Below are positions 17,100-24,000 of a stretch of 24,000 nt of DNA, piece after piece (within the stretch, counting starts at the first letter, position 1; each line of letters starts with the position of its first letter). This DNA is from an uncultured Actinobacillus sp. (GTDB lineage Bacteria; Pseudomonadota; Gammaproteobacteria; Enterobacterales; Pasteurellaceae). The stretch lies in the NCBI GenBank assembly GCA_963539805.1, contig CAUTMS010000001.1, positions 118,993 through 142,992 of the forward strand, read 5' to 3'. The translations under genes and the position numbers were made by a program. The notes below the pieces were generated by a model. That model was not told the origin of the DNA. It was given only the letters and a program-made list of their open reading frames with translations, and did no database searches.

Positions 17100-17119
17100 A
17101 ACTGTCAGTTTTGACAGGT
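17100..17119 (-). promoter_or_regulatory. lux-box-like dyad upstream of the AfsA-like operon
   Basis: The minus strand reads ACCTGTCAAAACTGACAGTT. It contains a perfect inverted repeat, CTGTCA (17102-17107) and TGACAG (17112-17117), and fits the CTG-N10-CAG architecture. It is identical at 13/20 positions to the V. fischeri lux box ACCTGTAGGATCGTACAGGT as I recall it. A 5/6 match to the -10 hexamer, TTTAAT (17078-17073), places the dyad centre near -43. Confidence 0.5.
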
Positions 17120-17186
17120 TAGACAGTAAAGAGTATTTATAAACCTTAGCATGAGAATGTTTGTGCATTTTGATGATTACATGTAA

Positions 17187-17426
17187 GGAACGGATAATCC
17201 GGTGGAAACTTTCGGGGTTTACGCCACGTTGGTGACCTCGGAAGAGGTGCCGGCGGATAAAGTGTATGCCGTGGTAAAGGCGGTTTTTGACAATTTCGAT
17301 CGTTTCAAACGCACTCACCCGGCGTTCGCTCATCTTAGCAAGGAAGAGATGATTCATAATGCTTTGTCGGCGCCGTTACATGAGGGCGCGGCACGTTATT
17401 ATCGCGAACAGGGTTGGCTAAAATAA
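17187..17426 (+). pseudogene. 3' remnant (last 79 codons) of a second TAXI-family TRAP solute-receptor gene
   Basis: [21 protein letters not shown]...YYREQGWLK-stop is collinear with residues encoded at 9023-9262 of the intact receptor gene. 63 of 74 residues are identical over the track ORF. An in-frame TAA sits at 17184-17186 and no 5' part is present. Confidence 0.85.
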
Positions 17427-17464
17427 TTCTGACGGTATAATGTCAGGCATTTTGTGGTCGCAAT

Positions 17465-17490
17465 CGTGTTTTTTCCGACGAAAAAACACG
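17465..17490 (+). terminator. Hairpin terminator downstream of the TAXI remnant
   Basis: CGTGTTTTTT (17465-17474) pairs with AAAAAACACG (17481-17490) across the loop CCGACG, followed by ATTTTACTTTTT. Confidence 0.6.
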
Positions 17491-17508
17491 ATTTTACTTT
17501 TTATTATT

Positions 17509-18168
17509 ATGGCATTAATTGAATACAATCCGCCTCAAACACTTTATTTGAACGTTGTTTATCACGATAATCACATGCTTGTGCTGAATAAACCCAGCGG
17601 GCTGCTGTCCGTACCGGGTAATCAGCCGCAGTATTATGACAGCGCCATGAGCCGGGTGAAAGAAAAATACGGATTTTGCGAACCCGCTCACCGCCTGGAT
17701 ATGGCAACCAGCGGCATTATTCTGTTCGCCATGAGCAAACTGGCGGACAGCGAGCTGAAACGTCAGTTTCGCGAACGGCAAACGAAAAAATTTTATCAGG
17801 CGTTGGTGTGGGGACATGTTAAACCGGACAACGGTACGGTAAATTTGCCGCTGATTTGCGATTGGGAAAACCGCCCGCGCCAGCGCATCGATTTCAATTC
17901 GGGCAAAAGTGCGGTCACAAAATTTGAAGTTTTAGAACGTTTGCCGAATAACAGCACGCGGGTGAAGTTAACGCCGATTACCGGTCGTTCCCATCAGTTG
18001 CGGCTGCATATGCTGGCGTTAGGACATCCTATTTTAGGCGATAAGTTTTATGCTCCTCCGCAGGCGAAAGCCATGGCGCCGCGTTTGTATCTGCATGCGG
18101 AAAGTTTAACCGTTACGCATCCGGTTACGGGGGAATCCATGACCTTTTATTGTCCTGCGGATTTTTAA
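17509..18168 (+). CDS. rluA: 23S rRNA/tRNA pseudouridine synthase RluA
   Basis: Close collinear match to E. coli RluA: NPPQ, VLNKPSGLLSVPG, HRLDMATSG, ELKRQFRER, LPLICDWENRP, PITGRSHQLRLHMLALGHPILGD, ending PADF. The start is set at the ATG at 17509. Confidence 0.9.
   Translation: MALIEYNPPQTLYLNVVYHDNHMLVLNKPSGLLSVPGNQPQYYDSAMSRVKEKYGFCEPAHRLDMATSGIILFAMSKLADSELKRQFRERQTKKFYQALVWGHVKPDNGTVNLPLICDWENRPRQRIDFNSGKSAVTKFEVLERLPNNSTRVKLTPITGRSHQLRLHMLALGHPILGDKFYAPPQAKAMAPRLYLHAESLTVTHPVTGESMTFYCPADF
17907..17915 (+). repeat. Uptake signal sequence core (inside rluA)
   Basis: Exact AAGTGCGGT. Confidence 0.9.
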
Positions 18169-18193
18169 TTAAAGAAACGGACGCGTGTGCGAA

Positions 18194-19252
18194 TTAAAAA
18201 CCTAATTGCCGCAGTTGCGCAATAACCGCATCCGCCCGAATTTCCGCCATTAAATTCGGCGTTTTCAGTTTGGTCGCCCAAGGCAGTTCGGCGGAAGCTT
18301 TGCCGAATTCCTTGCGGGCATTTTGTTCGTAAACGGACACCACGTTCGCCAAGTTATGATAAGGCCCGGTGCGCCAAGGGTTATGATAAGCGTATAAACC
18401 GATAACCGGCGTACCCGTCATGGTGGCAATGTGTGCCGGCCCGCTATCCGGCGCGATAACCGCATCCGCTTGTGCGATCAGCGCAACCAATTCCGCTAAA
18501 CTGGTTTTTCCGCAAGCGTTTGTCGGCTGAAAATCGCAAAGTGCGGTGATTTTTTCCATCATTTTTATTTCGCGAGGCGCCGCCGAACCGCAAAGCACGA
18601 CATGCATGTTGCGGGAATGGGCATAATTCGCCACCGTTGCATAACCTTCCGGCGACCAGTCTTTTTCCGCTTTGCTTGAACAAGGGGCGATAACCAGATT
18701 TTTCTGATTTACACTTAAAAACGACCGCACTTTTTCATTGGCCTGCGGCGGTAGGGTTAATGACCAACGCGGGGCGAACGGCGGTACGCCGATTTCCTGC
18801 GCAAAGGCCATAAAACCGTCGAGCACGTGAGGATTCCGCGGATCCTGAATTCGATGATTAACAAAAAATCTCTGTCCTTCCCGGCTGCGTTTTTCGCCGA
18901 AACCGATTTTATATTTGGCTTTTATACCTAAGGACAGCACAGACGCCCGTACTGCGGTCTGCATATTGAGCAATGCGTCAAACCGTTGATTTTTCAGTTT
19001 TTTCCATAAAGCCAACACGCCTTTCCAACCGCTTTTTTTGTCGTACACTTCAAAATGAATGCCCGTTGACACGGCGGATAACAAAGCGTTTTCCGCTTTT
19101 CCGACGATCCAGGTTATCTCGCATTTCGGATAAAACCGTTGAATTTCCTGCACTACGGCTAAAGCGTGGGTAACGTCGCCGATAGCGGAAAGGCGCAGGA
19201 TACATAGGGATTCGGGCGGATTGTCGGAACTGAATAACGGTTTGTGAGGCAT
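18194..19252 (-). CDS. Glycosyltransferase family 9 (LPS heptosyltransferase, OpsX/RfaC-like)
   Basis: The N-terminal ILRLSAIGDVTHAL motif and the C-terminal APDSGPAHIA motif are typical of GT9 heptosyltransferases. It is divergent from kdkA, an arrangement I recall from Haemophilus influenzae (opsX-kdkA). Confidence 0.75.
   Translation of the reverse strand: MPHKPLFSSDNPPESLCILRLSAIGDVTHALAVVQEIQRFYPKCEITWIVGKAENALLSAVSTGIHFEVYDKKSGWKGVLALWKKLKNQRFDALLNMQTAVRASVLSLGIKAKYKIGFGEKRSREGQRFFVNHRIQDPRNPHVLDGFMAFAQEIGVPPFAPRWSLTLPPQANEKVRSFLSVNQKNLVIAPCSSKAEKDWSPEGYATVANYAHSRNMHVVLCGSAAPREIKMMEKITALCDFQPTNACGKTSLAELVALIAQADAVIAPDSGPAHIATMTGTPVIGLYAYHNPWRTGPYHNLANVVSVYEQNARKEFGKASAELPWATKLKTPNLMAEIRADAVIAQLRQLGF
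18539..18547 (+). repeat. Uptake signal sequence core
   Basis: Exact AAGTGCGGT. Confidence 0.9.
18724..18732 (-). repeat. Uptake signal sequence core
   Basis: Exact ACCGCACTT. Confidence 0.9.
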
Positions 19253-19325
19253 AAGGCTTCCTAATATTTTGCGGTTGACGATTATTTTAAAGTAGAATAA
19301 CGCGATATGCTACAAGGAGTTGAAA

Positions 19326-20063
19326 ATGCTCGAAGTTCGACAAAACCATTGTTTTTATCTGTTTAACTGGAATGAACCTTATGAGGAACAGAGCCGTTTT
19401 TTTTCGCCCGAATTCTGGCGGGAACAGGATCGCATCCAGGGGTCGGCGAAGGGGCGGGGAACCACATGGTTTTTGCGGACTGCCGATTTGTTTGGCGTAA
19501 ATGCCGCCTTGCGTCATTATTATCGCGGCGGCTTTTGGGGCAAAATCAATAAAGATCGTTATACTTTCACTTCATTGGAACGAACCCGTAGTTTTGCGGA
19601 ATTCCGTTTGTTGCAGCGTCTTCATCAGGCGGGACTGCCGGTGCCGAAGCCGTTGGCGGCGAAAGTGGAAAAGCTGCCTTTAGGCGGATACCGGGCGGAT
19701 ATTCTGACGGAAAAGATCGAAAATGCCCGAGATTTGACCGCACTTTTACAAACGCAAACCTTGTCGGACGATGCCTGGCGCCAGATTGGCGGGTTGATTC
19801 GTCGTTTACATGATTTACAAATTTGTCATACGGATTTAAACGCGCATAATATTTTGGTGCAACAGTCTGACGTGCAGGAAAAATATTGGCTGTTGGATTT
19901 CGATAAGTGCGGTCAAAAATCGGGCGATTTTTGGAAAGCGCAAAATCTGGCGCGTTTGAAACGTTCTTTTTTGAAAGAAACGGCACGGATGGGAATTCGT
20001 TTTACGGAGGCGAATTGGGCGACGCTGCTGCAAGGTTACGAAGTTAAATCTTTGCAGGCATAA
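19326..20063 (+). CDS. kdkA: 3-deoxy-D-manno-octulosonic acid (Kdo) kinase
   Basis: About 245 aa. It has YYRGG..GK and the kinase catalytic loop CHTDLNAHNILV. Its position next to the heptosyltransferase is conserved. ATG at 19326 with AAGGAG 6 nt upstream. Confidence 0.8.
   Translation: MLEVRQNHCFYLFNWNEPYEEQSRFFSPEFWREQDRIQGSAKGRGTTWFLRTADLFGVNAALRHYYRGGFWGKINKDRYTFTSLERTRSFAEFRLLQRLHQAGLPVPKPLAAKVEKLPLGGYRADILTEKIENARDLTALLQTQTLSDDAWRQIGGLIRRLHDLQICHTDLNAHNILVQQSDVQEKYWLLDFDKCGQKSGDFWKAQNLARLKRSFLKETARMGIRFTEANWATLLQGYEVKSLQA
19737..19745 (-). repeat. Uptake signal sequence core (inside kdkA)
   Basis: Exact ACCGCACTT. Confidence 0.9.
19905..19913 (+). repeat. Uptake signal sequence core (inside kdkA)
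   Basis: Exact AAGTGCGGT. Confidence 0.9.
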
Positions 20064-20087
20064 AAAACTCTACCGCTAGGGTAGAGT
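20062..20087 (-). terminator. Hairpin terminator between convergent kdkA and hupA (T-run on the hupA side)
   Basis: ACTCTACC (20067-20074) pairs with GGTAGAGT (20080-20087) across a 5-nt loop. AAAAA at 20062-20066 gives a T-run on the minus strand. Confidence 0.7.
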
Positions 20088-20110
20088 CTTGAAATCCGTC
20101 AGATCGAAGA

Positions 20111-20386
20111 TTAGCCGTTAACTTCGTCTTTTAATGCTTTACCTGCTACGAATGCAGGAGCTTTTGATGCAGCGATTTTGATTTCGGCACCGGTTTGCGG
20201 GTTACGACCGACACGTGCTTTACGTGCGTTCACTTTGAATGTACCAAAGCCGATTAATTGTACTGCTTCGCCTTTTTTCAAGCTTGCAGTGATTGCGTTT
20301 AAAGTTGCTTCTAATGCTGCTTTTGCATCTTTTTTCGTTAAGCTTGCCGCACTTGCAATAGCATCAATTAAATCCGTTTTGTTCAT
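20111..20386 (-). CDS. hupA: DNA-binding protein HU
   Basis: 91 aa. [11 protein letters not shown]...GFGTFKV..R.AR.GRNPQTG..I.I....P.F..GKALKD matches HU. Synteny with yjaG-hemE-nudC is as in E. coli. Confidence 0.9.
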   Translation of the reverse strand: MNKTDLIDAIASAASLTKKDAKAALEATLNAITASLKKGEAVQLIGFGTFKVNARKARVGRNPQTGAEIKIAASKAPAFVAGKALKDEVNG

Positions 20387-20536
20387 AAATGAGTACCTTC
20401 TTTATTGTATTTGAACTTAGTTCTTTACCTGGTGGGGTAAAGTCTTAACATTAAGTTATAACTGTTGAACAGCATGCATAGCTTAATCTAACTTTTCCAG
20501 AAAGCAAAGCGTAATTATGCAATTTTTTGTAAATTT

Positions 20537-21121
20537 TTAGATTTCAATCCCAATATTTGAAACTCCGGTCGTCCGGATTTCATTTTTCAGGTCTAAAATT
20601 ACGTCAATATTGCGTTCTTCGTATTCGTTTAAAGTCCGGTAGATTTGCCATTGCACATCCAACTCGTCTGTAATTTCGACCGCATTTTTTAAATCTTGTT
20701 CATTAAAATTTCGATTTTCTTGCGTTTCCAACACAGTAATGACGGTTTGAATGGAAAGCTGACTGACGCGAACCGCATGTTCCAGACAGAAACCCGCAAT
20801 CAGACCGTGCAGCAGTTCGGACAAGGCTTCGCAGGCATCTAATGCGGGCACCACGCCGAAGAATTCATAATCGTTGACATCGGGAATAATCTTTTCCAGT
20901 TTTTCCAGTTGGTTTTCGAAATTAATTTTTGCGCCTTTTACAGTGAGGGATTCCCACACCAGGTTCAAAATATTTTGGTAAATTTTGGCATTTTCCGCTT
21001 GTTCGGTAACCTGGCAGAACAGCTGATAATTCGGATACATCCGTTCGCACAGACATGCCATGAACGTGAGGTGCTGCCAGGTTTCAAAATGTTCCAGCCG
21101 TTTGTGAATCGGATTTCTCAT
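20537..21121 (-). CDS. yjaG: YjaG family protein (DUF416)
   Basis: 194 aa. The N-terminus ...LE.WQHLTFMACLCERMYPNY.LF resembles YjaG, and its position between hemE and hupA is conserved. Confidence 0.7.
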   Translation of the reverse strand: MRNPIHKRLEHFETWQHLTFMACLCERMYPNYQLFCQVTEQAENAKIYQNILNLVWESLTVKGAKINFENQLEKLEKIIPDVNDYEFFGVVPALDACEALSELLHGLIAGFCLEHAVRVSQLSIQTVITVLETQENRNFNEQDLKNAVEITDELDVQWQIYRTLNEYEERNIDVILDLKNEIRTTGVSNIGIEI

Positions 21122-21130
21122 AGTGCGTCC

Positions 21131-22195
21131 TTATTGATGATAGGCTTTGGAATATTCATGAACGGCATCCACGAAGATTTTCGGGCTTTCCACCGGTACA
21201 TCCTGATGAATGCCGTGCCCCAGATTGAACACATGCCCGCTGCCGTTGCCAAAATCCGCTAAAATAGATCGCACTTCCTGTTGAATATGTTCCGGCTGCG
21301 CATATAAAACCGAAGGATCCATATTGCCCTGCAGCGCCACTTTATGGCCGATTCTGGCTTTTGCTTCCGCTAAGTTGACCGTCCAATCCACACCGACGGC
21401 GTCACAACCGCTGTTTGCGATTTGTTCCAACCACAAACCGCCGCCTTTGGTGAAAAGGGTAACCGGCACTTTGCGTCCTTCGTTTTCGGGGATTAAACCG
21501 GCGACGATTTTTTGCATATATTGCAGGGAAAAATCAAGATAATCGCGATACGCCAGCACACCGCCCCAGGTGTCGAACAGCATCACCGCTTGCGCACCGG
21601 CTTTAATTTGGGCGTTCAGATACAAAATTACCGCTTCGCTGACTTTTTCCAGCAATTTATGCAAGGTTTGCGGATCGGTGTACATCATTTTTTTAATTTT
21701 GGTGAAGGTTTTGCTGGAGCCGCCTTCTACCATGTAAGTGGCTAATGTCCACGGACTGCCGGAAAAGCCGATTAACGGCACCTCGCCGTGCAGTTCGCGA
21801 CGAATGGTACGCACCGCGTTCATCACGTATTGTAATTCCGTTTCGGGATCCGGAATCGGCAGGTTTTTCACCATTGCCGCATTTTCGACAGGACGGGCGA
21901 ATTTCGGCCCTTCGCCTGCGCCGAAGCTTAAACCGAGTCCCATGGCGTCCGGCACGGTTAAAATATCGGAAAACAAAATGGCGGCATCCAGATCGTAACG
22001 GCGTAGCGGTTGCAGCGTGACTTCACAGGCCAACTCCGCGTTGCGGCATAAAGACATAAAATCGCCCACCTGTGCGCGGGTGGCTTTATATTCCGGCAGA
22101 TAACGTCCCGCCTGACGCATCATCCATACCGGCGTGCAATCTACCGGTTCGCGCAATAAGGCGCGGAGGTAACGATCGTTTTTTAATCGGCTCAT
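21131..22195 (-). CDS. hemE: Uroporphyrinogen decarboxylase
   Basis: [32 protein letters not shown] is the canonical HemE N-terminus. 354 aa. Confidence 0.95.
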   Translation of the reverse strand: MSRLKNDRYLRALLREPVDCTPVWMMRQAGRYLPEYKATRAQVGDFMSLCRNAELACEVTLQPLRRYDLDAAILFSDILTVPDAMGLGLSFGAGEGPKFARPVENAAMVKNLPIPDPETELQYVMNAVRTIRRELHGEVPLIGFSGSPWTLATYMVEGGSSKTFTKIKKMMYTDPQTLHKLLEKVSEAVILYLNAQIKAGAQAVMLFDTWGGVLAYRDYLDFSLQYMQKIVAGLIPENEGRKVPVTLFTKGGGLWLEQIANSGCDAVGVDWTVNLAEAKARIGHKVALQGNMDPSVLYAQPEHIQQEVRSILADFGNGSGHVFNLGHGIHQDVPVESPKIFVDAVHEYSKAYHQ

Positions 22196-22217
22196 GCTGT
22201 TTCCTTAAAAAATCTTC

Positions 22218-22253
22218 AAAAAACTGACCGCACTTTGCGGTAAAGCGCGGTCA
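22218..22253 (-). terminator. USS-based hairpin terminator after nudC
   Basis: TGACCGCACTT (22225-22235) pairs with AAGCGCGGTCA (22243-22253) with one mismatch and a 7-nt loop. A T6 run follows on the minus strand (22223-22218). Confidence 0.6.
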
Positions 22254-22283
22254 TTATAAAGGGAATTTTGAGGGTTTGCGATC

Positions 22284-23084
22284 TTATTCTTTTATTTCCG
22301 CCCGGCGGCAGATGTTTAAGGTCGCGTGGATTAATTTTAGCGCAATCGTGCCTTCCGGCGGCAGTTCTGGCAAGGGTTGATCGCAATGGAACCAGCGGGC
22401 GTCATGCAGTTCTTCTTCCTGTAAACGGATTTCTCCGCTGTCGTAATCCGCCAGAAACCCCACCATTTGCGAATTCGGGAACGCCCAGGGCTGGCTGCCG
22501 AAATAACGAATGTTTTTTACTTTCAGCCCGGTTTCCTCAAATACTTCCCGTTCCACGGTTTGTTCAAAACTTTCGCCGATTTCTACAAAACCCGCCAGCG
22601 TGGTATACATGCCGGTGCCGCCGTTTTTCGGCATATGGCGGGTGTGGTTCGCCAGCAAAATTTCTTTGCCTTTGCGCACCGCTACGATAATGGAGGGACA
22701 AATCACGGGATAACTGCGATAACCGCAAGCCTGACATTGAACCGCCCATTCGTCGCTCGCCATTTCGGTTTTGTGCCCGCATTTGCCGCAACGTCGATGG
22801 GTTTTCAGGAAATAATTCAGTTCTACGCCGCGGTTAAGCAGATAGAATTTTTCTTCGGAAAGGCGCAACAGCGCGCGCAAAGCCGTCCATTCCCGTTGTT
22901 CGGCGGGATCTTCTTCCACCACAAATAAGGGATGGCCGTCCCATTCGCCGATTCGGGTGGCGTGGCGATGACTTAAATTTAACGATTCTGCGGTGCCGAA
23001 AGGCAGATTGTTGTCGGGAAAATAAATGTCCTGATCCACATGAATCAGCCAGAATCCGCAGTCCCGGGTTTGAATTGCGTTCAT
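22284..23084 (-). CDS. nudC: NAD+ diphosphatase / NADH pyrophosphatase NudC
   Basis: Zinc ribbon CGKCGH...CQACG followed by the Nudix box GFVEIGESFEQTVEREVFEETG and the SQPWAFP motif. 266 aa. Adjacent to hemE, as in E. coli. Confidence 0.9.
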   Translation of the reverse strand: MNAIQTRDCGFWLIHVDQDIYFPDNNLPFGTAESLNLSHRHATRIGEWDGHPLFVVEEDPAEQREWTALRALLRLSEEKFYLLNRGVELNYFLKTHRRCGKCGHKTEMASDEWAVQCQACGYRSYPVICPSIIVAVRKGKEILLANHTRHMPKNGGTGMYTTLAGFVEIGESFEQTVEREVFEETGLKVKNIRYFGSQPWAFPNSQMVGFLADYDSGEIRLQEEELHDARWFHCDQPLPELPPEGTIALKLIHATLNICRRAEIKE

Positions 23085-23102
23085 AAAATCCTCATAAAAC
23101 TG

Positions 23103-23111
23103 ACCGCACTT
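23103..23111 (-). repeat. Uptake signal sequence core
   Basis: Exact ACCGCACTT. Confidence 0.9.
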
Positions 23112-23335
23112 TTGAAGTTAGTGTGGGTAAACGGGCGTTTATTTTTCGTAAAAGGTTGTGAAGAACGTTCGATTTTGTCAACGGTTCGCGGGAATTTTAC
23201 GGAAAATAAACATGCTGATTTATTATAGTCCTATTTTTATTCCGACTGAATCCTTTCAAATTTATTGGTGCTTAATTTTTAAATAAATATTATAATTGTT
23301 AAAATTTTGTTTAATTTATCTTGATGGGAAACTTT

Positions 23336-24000
23336 ATGAAAAACATTGTCATTGTCGGAGGCGGCGCCGGCGGATTAGAGCTGGCGACTTTTTTAGGACA
23401 TAAACTGGGCCGTAAATCTCGCGCCAGCGTCACGTTGGTGGATCGTAACCAAACTCATCTGTGGAAGCCGTTATTGCACGAAGTAGCCACCGGCGTGCTG
23501 GATGCGGAAACCGATGCGGTGAGTTATCGTGCGCACGCTTATAATCACGGCTTTCATTTTGAACAAGGTTCGATTAATCGAATCGATCGCACCAATAAAT
23601 ATGTAGAACTGGCGCCCGTGTACGGACAGGACGGCGATATGATTGTGGTGGCGCGCCGTATTCCTTACGATTATTTGGTGTTGGCCATCGGCAGTAAATC
23701 CAACGATTTCAAAACCAAAGGCGTGGCGGAAAACTGTATTTTCCTGGATTCGCCGGATCAGGCATTGCGTTTTCAGCATAAAATGCTGGAACTGTTTCTG
23801 AAGTTTTCTGAAAACAACGCCCTGGCGGAAATCGGCGAAGACGACAGCAAGCAGTCTTTAGTGCAGGAAGACAAAGTTAATATCGCTATCGTAGGCGGCG
23901 GCGCTACCGGCGTGGAATTGTCCGCCGAATTATTCAATGCCACTCAGCATTTGTCTTCTTACGGTTACGGCAAAATCGACGCCGGACATTTGCAGGTGAC
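23336..24000 (+). CDS. ndh: Type II NADH dehydrogenase Ndh, 5' part (continues past the window end)
   Basis: Hand translation from the ATG at 23336 gives [27 protein letters not shown]...[19 protein letters not shown]...[18 protein letters not shown]. This is collinear with E. coli Ndh. The frame has no stop through nt 24000, so it is absent from the ORF track. Confidence 0.9.
   Translation, partial: MKNIVIVGGGAGGLELATFLGHKLGRKSRASVTLVDRNQTHLWKPLLHEVATGVLDAETDAVSYRAHAYNHGFHFEQGSINRIDRTNKYVELAPVYGQDGDMIVVARRIPYDYLVLAIGSKSNDFKTKGVAENCIFLDSPDQALRFQHKMLELFLKFSENNALAEIGEDDSKQSLVQEDKVNIAIVGGGATGVELSAELFNATQHLSSYGYGKIDAGHLQV

Larger units (their letters stand above)
12859..17186. other. Horizontally acquired AT-rich islet (6 genes) with no integrase, transposase or tRNA
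   Basis: Hand counts give 12/60 and 24/60 G+C at 16201-16260 and 15001-15060, against 30/60 and 38/60 at backbone lines 9001-9060 and 18421-18480. The islet has zero perfect USS cores, while the remaining ~19.7 kb has 20. The right edge truncates a TAXI receptor gene. Confidence 0.8.

Noticed and set aside
12859-17186. Searched the islet and its flanks for an integrase, transposase, IS inverted repeats, tRNA attachment site, direct repeats, a LuxI-type AHL synthase or a CRISPR array.
   Set aside because: None found. All six ORFs are accounted for by the regulator and biosynthesis/export genes, and the flanks show no duplicated target sequence that I could recognise.
17177-17186. 10-bp perfect palindrome TTACATGTAA exactly at the right islet junction, considered as a possible recombination site.
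   Set aside because: Short AT-rich palindromes are expected by chance in ~30% G+C DNA, and there is no matching copy at the left junction.
17085-17357. 90-aa minus-strand ORF spanning the islet junction and the TAXI remnant.
   Set aside because: It runs antisense to the clearly homologous TAXI C-terminal coding remnant and crosses the compositional breakpoint. Its translation has no recognisable features.
20423-20442. Hairpin CTTTACC/GGTAAAG between yjaG and hupA, considered as a yjaG terminator.
   Set aside because: No T-run follows on the minus strand. It lies only ~40 nt upstream of the hupA start, so it is more likely part of the hupA leader or promoter region. Not enough evidence for a call.
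23085-23335. Looked for an FNR site (TTGAT-N4-ATCAA) in the nudC-ndh divergent region, since E. coli ndh is FNR-repressed.
   Set aside because: Only an isolated TTGAT half-site near 23321 was seen, with no acceptable partner half-site.

Overview
Chromosomal segment from a Pasteurellaceae-type gammaproteobacterium. I count 20 perfect copies of the Haemophilus-type uptake signal core AAGTGCGGT/ACCGCACTT, and several form inverted pairs that act as terminators. The backbone is ordinary housekeeping: dcuB (3' part), a Cof-type HAD phosphatase, nhaA, mntP, pnuC, rapA, a TAXI-type TRAP transporter (solute receptor plus fused permease) with an adjacent universal stress protein, rluA, a GT9 heptosyltransferase divergent from kdkA, hupA, yjaG, hemE, nudC and the 5' part of ndh. 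At about 12859-17186 this backbone is interrupted by a sharply AT-rich, USS-free 4.3-kb islet with no mobility genes. The islet holds a LuxR-family regulator convergent with a tightly packed five-gene operon: AfsA-like double-hotdog butenolide synthase, dedicated ACP, FabF-like ketosynthase, HAD phosphatase and a small DMT exporter. A lux-box-like dyad sits upstream of the operon. I read this as a self-contained butenolide/gamma-butyrolactone-like signalling cassette that uses a LuxR-type receptor instead of the TetR-type receptor seen in actinomycetes. Its right edge truncates a second TAXI solute-receptor gene, and its left edge abuts a frameshifted small secreted-protein gene. All family calls rest on by-eye motif recognition and recalled reference sequences; no database search was possible.
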